DNA from: an uncultured virus (IMG/VR IMGVR_UViG_3300035424_000203)
Lineage: Duplodnaviria > Heunggongvirae > Uroviricota > Caudoviricetes
Virus record (IMG/VR): IMGVR_UViG_3300035424_000203
DNA length: 64,000 bases
Direction: 5' to 3' (one strand)
In this document: positions 51,342 through 61,000 of the stretch, in pieces
Layout: each line of letters starts with the position of its first letter
Position numbering within the stretch: the first letter of the stretch is position 1
Position numbers and translations under genes: made by a program
The notes under the pieces: generated by a model
Told to the model about the DNA's origin: nothing
Database searches by the model: none
Seen by the model: the letters and a program-made list of their open reading frames with translations, nothing else

Positions 51342-52031
51342 ATGGACAATAGTAAATTCACAGTGATTAAAGGGCAGAACAATAAATCTGCCCTTAGTAA
51401 GCAGAAATGGGAATTATACAAAGATGCTTATGATCGACTTTTGATAAAGTGTACTGCCAATAAAGAGAATAATAATATATCTGATACTTTATGCATGATG
51501 TTCTTTTATGGAACAAAATATATCACGTTAAAAAATCGTGCTAATCAAAAAGGAATCTTTGAAGAAAAAGTATTGTATTATGATGAACTTATGGAGGATT
51601 TCAACTTTATTGAATTATTATATCAGATATTAGGGCATTTAACACTGAAACAGATTATGGGGATTTTCCCAATCGAAAAGGAATTTGATGGAGAAAAGTA
51701 TGGTTGTAAAGATTATTTCTATACCATTAACCATCTGAAAGGTATAAATCCTGACGATCTGCTTTGTAACCAGTTCAAAGATATAAATGATTTCATGTGG
51801 ATATATTATAATCGTGATATTTTTAAATTGGAAGTTGCACAAATTGATATAGCAAGCGGTATTAGGCAGTGTCAAGGATATAAAAGCATTGCCCAGGAAT
51901 GGGCAGAAAAAGAGGGAATAGGCTTTATGACTATTTCAACAGATGGAACCATGAAGGATAGCAATGGTGAGAAAATCGGCAAGATTAAGCCGAATAGTGG
52001 TTTTAAAGTGGTGTCAGACAGCACAAAATAA
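51342..52031 (+). CDS. Hypothetical phage protein
   Basis: FPIEKEFDGEKYGCKDYF motif; RBS. Confidence 0.7.
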   Translation: MDNSKFTVIKGQNNKSALSKQKWELYKDAYDRLLIKCTANKENNNISDTLCMMFFYGTKYITLKNRANQKGIFEEKVLYYDELMEDFNFIELLYQILGHLTLKQIMGIFPIEKEFDGEKYGCKDYFYTINHLKGINPDDLLCNQFKDINDFMWIYYNRDIFKLEVAQIDIASGIRQCQGYKSIAQEWAEKEGIGFMTISTDGTMKDSNGEKIGKIKPNSGFKVVSDSTK

Positions 52032-52383
52032 GGTCAAAGCGGGGGATAAATGCTGAAAATATGCGATTTATTCCCCTAAAATGCCTAAAAACAGGCATTT
52101 GCGGAGGGTGTTTTGCCAATGAAATAACCATTTCAATAAGTGGTAGTTTGAGTATGATTTTTAATAGAAGTTTACACAAAAATGCAGAAGAAATAAATGG
52201 AATGTAAAAAGGCTATTACATAATAATTCCAATATTGATACAAGAAATTACGTTGCTTATTACATGGATAAAGTTTTTATAAAAATTTTTCCTATAAATG
52301 GGGAAAATGAAATAGAAAATGTGTATTTATTATTGGAGCATATAATAAGCAATGACTAAAAGCGACTAAAGAAAGGCGATTCA

Positions 52384-55300
52384 ATGAATAATGAAAATGT
52401 TTTAAAAGCAAAAAAAGAAGGATTTGTACCTGTACAGTATAGGATTATCAATCTTACATCTGATGAGATTGTCAATAGTGTCACAATTAATGGAACTATG
52501 ACAGTATATAAAGAAGATGGAAAATCTTATGAAAGAAAAGCAGAAATACATAAGGTTACACCATATACTATAGATGAATTGAAAGAAAAAAATATGCTGA
52601 TTACGGTTGCAGATGATATTTTGTTCTATGAGATTAGGAAACTAAAAGGATTAAACGACACAACTAAAACACCAAATCAACAACAATATGACGCATATTT
52701 AGAAGTTAAGAAAATGCGAAATAATATTAAAGAGATGAAGAGGGCAGATGAACCAGATATTGAATCTATTCTAAAAGAAACAAAAAGATTAGATAAATAT
52801 TTGTTTGTTAAAGATGTAATCAGTGTTGAGAATCGTTCTGGAGATTATAAAAAATTTGGCGTAAAAGGATTTTATTATGGTGATGTATTATATACAAGAA
52901 ATTCTGCATCCAGTAGTAATTTAAAGGGCAATACAGTACAGTTTGTTAGAGATGATTTGAATATAAAGTTACAGCCGATACTACAAGCAGGACACAAGGA
53001 CATTTCACAAGAAGCATTAGTTGTTCCTGAAAAGTATGGGGCATATATGGGTTTATCAACAACAGGAGTAACATTTGTTAGTAGTCCTAGAGTATGTGTA
53101 ATTCCAGATTTTGAGCATTTGACTTTTGATGATGAAGTATATTTTGTTACTAAAAAAGGTGAGATTATAAAAAAAGAAGCTATAAATACTGTTGAATATT
53201 CAATAGAAATGCGGAAATTCAAAGATACTGGTAATGATGGTGAAACAGTATATATGAATAGCTTTGATGGGATGGGATTAGTTGATCCGACATTTTTAAA
53301 AATGAAATGGCAGCAGGAATTACATTTATCTTATACCCCTTCAGCCTTAAATATGAGAAGTAAAAGCGTAAAGGGATTATTAGTGACATTTCCTTTTAAA
53401 GAACTTGCACAGGAATTAGGAAGAGAGTACACAACTGATATATTAGGACAAAAAATGCGGATTAAAGACATTGATGTATTTTTAACAATAAGTCAATGGA
53501 AAAACCATTCATTGTATGATGATGATTTTAGAATTTATGAGCGAAATATAGATAATGTTATTTGGGGAGTACAACGTGTTTCACCCAAAAGAGATAAAGA
53601 TAATGTTAAACTGAATTATCAGGCAGAACAAACGAGCAATATTCAATCGGATACTGATATAGAAAGACTTTGTGATCCGACTGGGAAATATTTTGAACAG
53701 ATGGCAGAGGGTAATGATGCGGTAGTTCTTTTTAGTTTAATGAATGACATTATTATATCCAATGAAGACAATATGGAAATTGAATGTGTAGAAAATGTGA
53801 CAGAGAGCGAGGAAGACTTTTGGAGCAGTGTTGATACAACGCCATTTAATAAAGCACTGCTGAAAAATCTCGATTTACTACAAGATACATATGTCAGAGG
53901 ACAAATAAAAAAGAATTTGGAATTTGCTTTTAAGCAAGCTAAAGTAGGGAAATTGTATACGGCGCATAATTCAAATTATCAATTTATGATTTCTGATCCA
54001 TATGCTTTAGCACAATGGGCTATATTGCGAGATGAAATAGCAGATGAAAATGGTAACTATCCAACATCTCCCATGAGGAATGGAAAGGATAAATTTTATT
54101 TTGGATTGATTAAGCCATATCATATTTATAGTAAATATTGGTTAGATAAGAAAGTTGAAAAGGTGGATGCGTGTAGAAGCCCAATGACGGACATAGGAGA
54201 ACATAATCTTCTTACTATATCTAATAATGAAAACACAGATAATGATGCTTTTGAGAAAATGAAAAAGTATTATAGGTATATTTATAGTGGAATCATTTAT
54301 AGCGTACATGATATTTCAACGGTAATACACAGTGATTCAGATTGGGATAGTGATTGTGTATTAACAACGGATTTTGATGTGTTGATTGATTGTAGATGGG
54401 ATGTGCCGCCTGTTATGTATGAAAAAGGCTTATCCAAAATGGATAAGAGAGTATATAATGTTAAAACGGCGGTTGAATCTGATTTGAAAGGATTTGGAAA
54501 CAAAGTAGGCGTGTATTCTAATATGAGTACAAATTATTTTGCAATGCTTCCCATGTTTAAAGATGCTGAAAGGGTAAAGATTATCAATCAAATTAAGAAA
54601 TTGCGTTTTATAATTGGAGAAGAAATTGACAGTACAAAAACAGGAAAAAAGCCAGATATATCAATGGATTTCATATATCAATCTGAAACCAAAGATATGA
54701 GCATGGAAGAAAGAGAAAGTGTAAAAGAACATAATAGATTTACACCAGAGTTTCCAGCTTATTTTTGTAGGTATTTAGATGAAAAGAAAGATCGTCTTTT
54801 TCAAAAGTATTATAAAATATGTAGCCTTATATGCCAAAAAGAAACATTTATGACTATGGAAAAGTTCTTGGATAAAGCACAAAACGGTGATTTGGAAAAC
54901 GAAAGCGAAAAAGATTTCCTTCGTTTCTTCTTAGATAATAGTCCATTACTATTAACAGATTGTACCATGAATAAGGTTTGTTGGTACTTTGAAAAGTTGG
55001 AGAAAGAATTAAAGGGGAAATTTAAAATAAAAGATGATAACTATATTCTTTTATCCTATGCTGATGAAGTGGAAGTTGATAAAAAATCCAAGAATATAAT
55101 TAACAAAACATTTTCATATTATAGAGACATGATACATGAAATATGGAATGAAGCTAGATATGGAAATAATTGTTACAATACGGATAAAAAGAAAACATAT
55201 GTAATTAGTAAAAGAGAACAGCTTATTAAAAATTGTAGAAAGGACTTAGAAAAAATAGAAGTAAATCCTATTAAACTATTTAATATTATTGTTTCCGTTC

Positions 55301-55476
55301 TAAGAGAGCAAAAAAATCTTGAAAGCGTAAATAAATTTATCTGGAATATATTTGATGAAGATATTGTAGATATTATTCCAGAGGGTAAAAGAAAAATCAG
55401 TATGTTTGAAGTGCAAGATGGTGATATGGAAATTTTAGGACGTAGATTTAAAGTTATCGAGGAGGAAATAATATAG
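52384..55476 (+). CDS. YonO-like single-subunit two-barrel RNA polymerase
   Basis: 1030 aa; FDGMGLV, KGLLVTF, CRSP, catalytic-like HSDSDWDSD, VGVYSN and EIDSTKTG. Confidence 0.8.
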   Translation: MNNENVLKAKKEGFVPVQYRIINLTSDEIVNSVTINGTMTVYKEDGKSYERKAEIHKVTPYTIDELKEKNMLITVADDILFYEIRKLKGLNDTTKTPNQQQYDAYLEVKKMRNNIKEMKRADEPDIESILKETKRLDKYLFVKDVISVENRSGDYKKFGVKGFYYGDVLYTRNSASSSNLKGNTVQFVRDDLNIKLQPILQAGHKDISQEALVVPEKYGAYMGLSTTGVTFVSSPRVCVIPDFEHLTFDDEVYFVTKKGEIIKKEAINTVEYSIEMRKFKDTGNDGETVYMNSFDGMGLVDPTFLKMKWQQELHLSYTPSALNMRSKSVKGLLVTFPFKELAQELGREYTTDILGQKMRIKDIDVFLTISQWKNHSLYDDDFRIYERNIDNVIWGVQRVSPKRDKDNVKLNYQAEQTSNIQSDTDIERLCDPTGKYFEQMAEGNDAVVLFSLMNDIIISNEDNMEIECVENVTESEEDFWSSVDTTPFNKALLKNLDLLQDTYVRGQIKKNLEFAFKQAKVGKLYTAHNSNYQFMISDPYALAQWAILRDEIADENGNYPTSPMRNGKDKFYFGLIKPYHIYSKYWLDKKVEKVDACRSPMTDIGEHNLLTISNNENTDNDAFEKMKKYYRYIYSGIIYSVHDISTVIHSDSDWDSDCVLTTDFDVLIDCRWDVPPVMYEKGLSKMDKRVYNVKTAVESDLKGFGNKVGVYSNMSTNYFAMLPMFKDAERVKIINQIKKLRFIIGEEIDSTKTGKKPDISMDFIYQSETKDMSMEERESVKEHNRFTPEFPAYFCRYLDEKKDRLFQKYYKICSLICQKETFMTMEKFLDKAQNGDLENESEKDFLRFFLDNSPLLLTDCTMNKVCWYFEKLEKELKGKFKIKDDNYILLSYADEVEVDKKSKNIINKTFSYYRDMIHEIWNEARYGNNCYNTDKKKTYVISKREQLIKNCRKDLEKIEVNPIKLFNIIVSVLREQKNLESVNKFIWNIFDEDIVDIIPEGKRKISMFEVQDGDMEILGRRFKVIEEEII

Positions 55477-56360
55477 TGGCGAGTAATTATAAGATTAATT
55501 GGCAGGACAAGTATCTTTGTGATACTATCCTTGCCAATAAAGATAATTTGGACGAAAATAGATTGAAATATGAGCGTAATTTTTGGACGGCATTATTAGT
55601 CAAACATTATATTGTATATGATTTATGCAATGGATCAACAGACATTTTAAAATTAAATGAAGTATTGGAAAAGCATAAAAAGGAAATAACAGCAAAAGCC
55701 AAAGAATATGTTAATGATGATTCAAGAGTAGAAAGTATAATTAAGGGGATAAAGAAGAATATAGACGATTTAAAAGATACAGATAAAGAAAATAAAAGGG
55801 TATTCTTTGCTGATAAACCAGTTGTGATTTATAGAAGTGAAATAGACACTATTCAACAAATCGGGAAAGATTTTACATATAATTCACAATTTGGGAAAAG
55901 ACCAAGAGAAATTTTACAGAAAATTATTTCTGTATTGCTTATATGGCAAAAAGCATATCAAAATCAATATGAAACAAAGCAAGAATATGTTCCTGTTATT
56001 GAAGAAAAGATTAATAATTCAAAGATTTTTTCTGATAATGGTAGCGAGAGTGGAACAAGAATAAAAAATTACCAGACACTTCTAGAAAGTGGATTAATAG
56101 AATATTACAGACCAGAGATAGAATATAGAAAAAGAAAGAAAAATCCAATTTATCTGTACAAAATTCCATTTATAAGTTATAATGAAAATGGTACAGATGA
56201 AATTGTTCTAGTTATTAATAAGTTTGAATTGCTGTGCGAACAGATGTTCAGCGGATTTAATGATAAGTTGTTTGTAAACGAATGTCAGAAGTGCGGGAAA
56301 ATGTTTGTAGCGAGACGAAAAAGCACAAAAAACTGTGATATTTGTAATAGACACTATTAA
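55476..56360 (+). CDS. Protein with a C-terminal zinc ribbon, coupled to the RNAP gene
   Basis: CQKCGK...CDIC; its GTG overlaps the RNAP stop. Confidence 0.75.
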   Translation: MASNYKINWQDKYLCDTILANKDNLDENRLKYERNFWTALLVKHYIVYDLCNGSTDILKLNEVLEKHKKEITAKAKEYVNDDSRVESIIKGIKKNIDDLKDTDKENKRVFFADKPVVIYRSEIDTIQQIGKDFTYNSQFGKRPREILQKIISVLLIWQKAYQNQYETKQEYVPVIEEKINNSKIFSDNGSESGTRIKNYQTLLESGLIEYYRPEIEYRKRKKNPIYLYKIPFISYNENGTDEIVLVINKFELLCEQMFSGFNDKLFVNECQKCGKMFVARRKSTKNCDICNRHY

Positions 56361-56718
56361 ATTGGTTATAATTCACATAAAATTTTGAAGAAAATTATAT
56401 AGATTGTACATATACAAAATGAAATAAATGTGTTATGATTAAAAGTTTCGCAAAAGTCTTTTTAATACCCCTTATAAAATAGGGGTTTTTGTCGTGTGCT
56501 TATCCAAGTTATTATATGGTATATAAAATGTTTTATTATGGCTATATATAAGTTGTGGAGACTGTATGTAGTGTTATATATGGTTTGTGGAGACTATATA
56601 TAAGTGGTAGCATGGTTTAACATTGCAACTATGCCAACTTCATAGTTGTTAATATATATCGTAATAGCACTTACGGTTGAATATCTCGTAGGTGCTATTT
56701 TTGTGGAAGGAGTTTTAA

Positions 56719-56892
56719 TTGTTAAAAGAATCAGTAATTGATTTTATCAACAAAAAGGGTGTTAAGAAGTCCTTTATAGCAGATCAAATAGGACTTACCC
56801 CGTCTCAATTCAGCCTATGGCTGCATGGTAGATTTAGTCTAAATCAAAGTGTAAAAAATAAGTTGGAGAAATATATCAAAGAAAATTCATAA
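56719..56892 (+). CDS. Small XRE-like HTH protein (57 aa, not in the ORF track)
   Basis: TTG start, RBS aaggag; KGVKKSFIADQIGLTPSQFSLWLHG. Confidence 0.7.
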   Translation: MLKESVIDFINKKGVKKSFIADQIGLTPSQFSLWLHGRFSLNQSVKNKLEKYIKENS

Positions 56893-56991
56893 AAAACATA
56901 TCTTATTCTAAATGTTTCATTAAAATCCCATTATACATTATTCGATATTAGATAACTCTGCCAGTAAAAAAAGACAGGAGGAATTTTAATA

Positions 56992-57990
56992 TTGAAGAAA
57001 AAGGATACTGTATTAAGATATAGAAATATATCAATTTACCGTAGGGAAGTATTAGAGAAGGTAAACATTAAAAGTGTAGAATGTTTGCAAGCATATTTAA
57101 AAAATCTGACATTGGGGAATTTAAAACCTGAAACGATAGAGAATAATATTGCGACAATTATCAGGTGGCTTGAATATATTTATGAAGAATTGGATGATAA
57201 ATGTATTCTTGATATGACGATAGAAGATATAGAAGAATATGCGTATTATTTAAAATCCAAAAGAGATAATAGACCTCAAACAATTTCAAGAGTTTTGGCA
57301 GTTATCGAAGATATATATAATTATCTTTTGAAAAAGGAAATGGTTAAAAGTAATCCAGTTTCTTATGTAAAACGTCTAAAAGATATAAGACGAGAATACG
57401 AAGTTAAACGGATATTTTTAACAGAAGAACAGGTTGAAAATTTAAAATTGAAATTAGAGGAATACGGAGATATACAATTACAAACTTATATAAACTTTGC
57501 TCTTTCAACAGCGGCTAGAGCCAATGCGTGTGCAACACTCAAATGGGAACAAATTAATTTTGATAAGCGCATGGCAACGGATGTTATGGAAAAGAAATCA
57601 AAGTTGGTTACATTGTTTTTCAATGAGTATACAAAAAGTCTGCTTTTAAAATTACAAGATTATAGAAAAGAAAAACATATAAATGATGGTGGTTTTGTAT
57701 TTATCTCCAATAAATATAGATATTATGAAGATACAGGTGAAAAAACACATATAAGTTCTTCGACATTAGGGAAATGGGCGAACAGAGCAGGTGAAATGAT
57801 AGATGTTCCTGATTTGTCACCACATGACCTAAGAAGAACTGCTGCCAATTTATTATTACAAAGAGGTGGTGATATTGGAGTTGTTTCACTACTTTTAAAC
57901 CATGAAAATATTTCTACAACCTTTAAATACTATATCAATAAATCACAAAACGAGTATTTAAAAGAATACAAAGATAAGTTCGACTTTTAA
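56992..57990 (+). CDS. Tyrosine recombinase (SPbeta YomM-like position)
   Basis: STAARANA, PHDLRR, LLNHE and FKYY. Confidence 0.85.
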   Translation: MKKKDTVLRYRNISIYRREVLEKVNIKSVECLQAYLKNLTLGNLKPETIENNIATIIRWLEYIYEELDDKCILDMTIEDIEEYAYYLKSKRDNRPQTISRVLAVIEDIYNYLLKKEMVKSNPVSYVKRLKDIRREYEVKRIFLTEEQVENLKLKLEEYGDIQLQTYINFALSTAARANACATLKWEQINFDKRMATDVMEKKSKLVTLFFNEYTKSLLLKLQDYRKEKHINDGGFVFISNKYRYYEDTGEKTHISSSTLGKWANRAGEMIDVPDLSPHDLRRTAANLLLQRGGDIGVVSLLLNHENISTTFKYYINKSQNEYLKEYKDKFDF

Positions 57991-58009
57991 AGTCGCTTAT
58001 ATAAAGCAT

Positions 58010-58038
58010 AAAAAGACAGTCTTCGGATTGTCTTTTTT
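58010..58038 (+). terminator. Intrinsic terminator-like hairpin
   Basis: aaaaagacagtc-ttcg-gattgtcttttt. Confidence 0.7.
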
Positions 58039-58073
58039 ATTGCAAAAATAAAAATAATAGGAGGTCATAATTT

Positions 58074-61000
58074 ATGGCACAAGAAAACTTTTGGATTGAT
58101 CTGGTTGCTACTCTAAAAAAGGCACAGAGTAAAAAACAAGTTCAGTCTGATGCAAAGAATTTGGGAGAAATAAAAGTACCCCTGATTGGAACGCTTAGTA
58201 AAGCTAAGACAAAGGCACAATTAAAACAGGATTTAGCGTCACTAAATGGAACGATAAATCTAACAGGAAAAGTTAATCAAAAAGGTATCGTTACATCGGT
58301 ACAACAGGCAACTTCACAGGCACAGGCGGCGGCAGACAAGAAAAGTATTCAGGTAAGTATGAATCTGAAGAAAGATAAACTTATCAATGACATTAAAATA
58401 CTTGGTCAGCAGAATACGAAAATGTTTAAAGATGCTAATATGTCTGCAAAGTATAATTCTTTATTGGATAATGCAAAATTAGCAACATCAAGTAAAGAGA
58501 TTGCCAATTTAAGATTGCAGTTATCAGCTATGCGGTCAGAAATTAAAGCTACTAATTTAAGTGGATTGACTCTTGGCGATACGTTCAAGAAAACATTCAA
58601 ACGTGCTACAGAGTTATTTACTGGTACTGGTGGAGTAATGTTGTTGTCTCAACAGATGCGTAAAGCATGGACAGAAGCTATAAATTTAGACAAGGCATAT
58701 ACTGATTTGATTAAAGTGCAAGATGAATTGTCGAGGGGCAATTATCCTACTTACTTGGAACAGTGTAATAAAAAAGCACAAGAATTAGCATCCACTCAAA
58801 AAGCATTAATTGAAGGTGCAACGGAATTTTCTAAATCTGGTTATACAAAAACAATAAGTGATGGCTTATCAGAGAAATCAACGATTTTAGCCAATGTTGG
58901 TGATATGAGTGCGTCTGATAGTGCAAAAGCAATTATTTCTGATGTACAGGCATATGATGTTGTAGATGGCTATGATGATGTAATTGATAAAGCCAATGCG
59001 TTAATCGACAAGTATAATGAGATTGGCAATACTGCAAGCATTACAACAAGTGAGATTGCTAAAGGTGTACAAACGGTAGGTTCGGTTTTTGCAGATGCAA
59101 ACACTTCTGTAGATGAATTTATTGCATTATTAGCGGCTGGTAATAGGCAATATCAGGATGCAGATGCTTTAGCATTAGGTCTTCGTACTGCGGCATTAAG
59201 GATTCGTGGATGTACAGCAGAGTTAGAAATGATGAATGAAGAAACGGAAGGTGTATATACTTCTGCATCTAAATTAGCTGAAAAGATTGAAGGTCTTACT
59301 AATGTTAATGGTACTGGTGGGGTAAAAATACTCGAAGATGATGAAGAAACTTTCCGCAGTATTTATGAAATTTTTCTTGATATTTCAAAAGTATATAAGG
59401 ATATGTCGGATACTGACCAGAGCGCACTTCTTGAATTGATAGCGGGCAAACATAGAGCTTCTGCAATTTCGGCAACTCTGAATAATATGAGCGAAGCACA
59501 AGAAATTTATCAGAGAAGTTTGGAATCGACAGGATCGGCTCAAAGAGAGTATGACAAGTATCTTTCATCAAGCGAGGCAGCGTTAAACCGCTTTAAAGCA
59601 AGTATGACGGAAACATATCAGTCTGTAATTGACGGTAAGACAGTAACAGGATTATTAAATTGTGGAAATGCGACTTTACAATTTGTAAATAGTCTTGGAT
59701 TAGTAGAATCTACACTAAAAGGACTTATTGCTATTGGTGTTGTAAAAGTTATTACTACATTATCCGCAGCATTTAAAGCATCCGCAATTCAGGCAAGCAA
59801 TTTTGGAACGGCATTAAATACTGTTAAAAATATGTCTACAATGACAAAAGGCACAACTGATTATACTAATGCTTTGAAAACCTTAAAAGCAGTATCTATT
59901 GGTTTATCAGAAACACAGTTAAAACAGGTTTTGGCAAGTAAAGCATTAAGTGAGTCTGATCGTATAGCAATTTTACGGACAACTGGACTTACAAAAGCAC
60001 AGGCACAAGCTAAACTTGCACAAATGGGCTTAACTCAATCTACAAATGCACAAACGGCAGCAAACGGAGCGGCAACAGCAAGTACATTTAGTCTTACAGC
60101 GGCGGTAAAAGGATTTGGTGCGAGTTTAAAGGCAGCCTTTATGAGCAATCCAGTAGGAATTGCAATTATGGCATTGAGTACAGTTATTGGAATGGTAACA
60201 TCTGCAATAGATTCAGCCAATCAGGAAGCAGAAGAAGCAAGACAGAAAGCCAAAGATGCGGCTGATACAGCAAGTACGTTATCAAATGAAATTTCCGAAC
60301 TAACAGGAAAATATTTAACTTTATCAAATGCGGTTCAGACAGATAAATCTTCAAAAGAGGATTTAATGACTGTACAGGAAGAATTGATTAAAAAACTTGG
60401 AATTGAAGGAGAAACTATTGATTCTTTAATTGCAAAGTATGGTTCATTAGACGAAGCTATAAAACAAGTGACGCTTGATGAATTAGGAAATATGGAAAAT
60501 GATCTTGTTGCAGGAGTAAAAGCGGCAGAAGATGAATTGAAAGAAATAGGAAAAGATTATGAACATTTTTATAGTCTGACAAATAGAAATCTTTTATCTT
60601 CTAGCGGTGAAGATGCAGTAAGAGCATACAGTGTATTAAATGAAGCTGGTATTATTGATAAAGGTTCTTATGGAACTGGTGGAGGTTCTATTGTATTAAC
60701 AGGTGATGATAGTACGGTAGAAGGAATCCTTGAAAATTATCAGAAATTGCAAGATGCTATGAAAGCATTAAGAGAATCTGATGAATTTACAGAAGAAGAA
60801 CTAAAAGATAATCCGGTATTTTTACAAATTTATAATCGTGTTCAAGAAATGAGAGAGTTTGTAGATGGTTATAATGATGCTATTACAGACTTAAATCAGA
60901 ATGTAGCACAGCAACAAATGTTAAGTTCTTTAAAGGGGATGGAATTACCTGATACAGAAGAAGAATTTAATGCTTTCAGAGACAATTTAGTAAAGACAGC

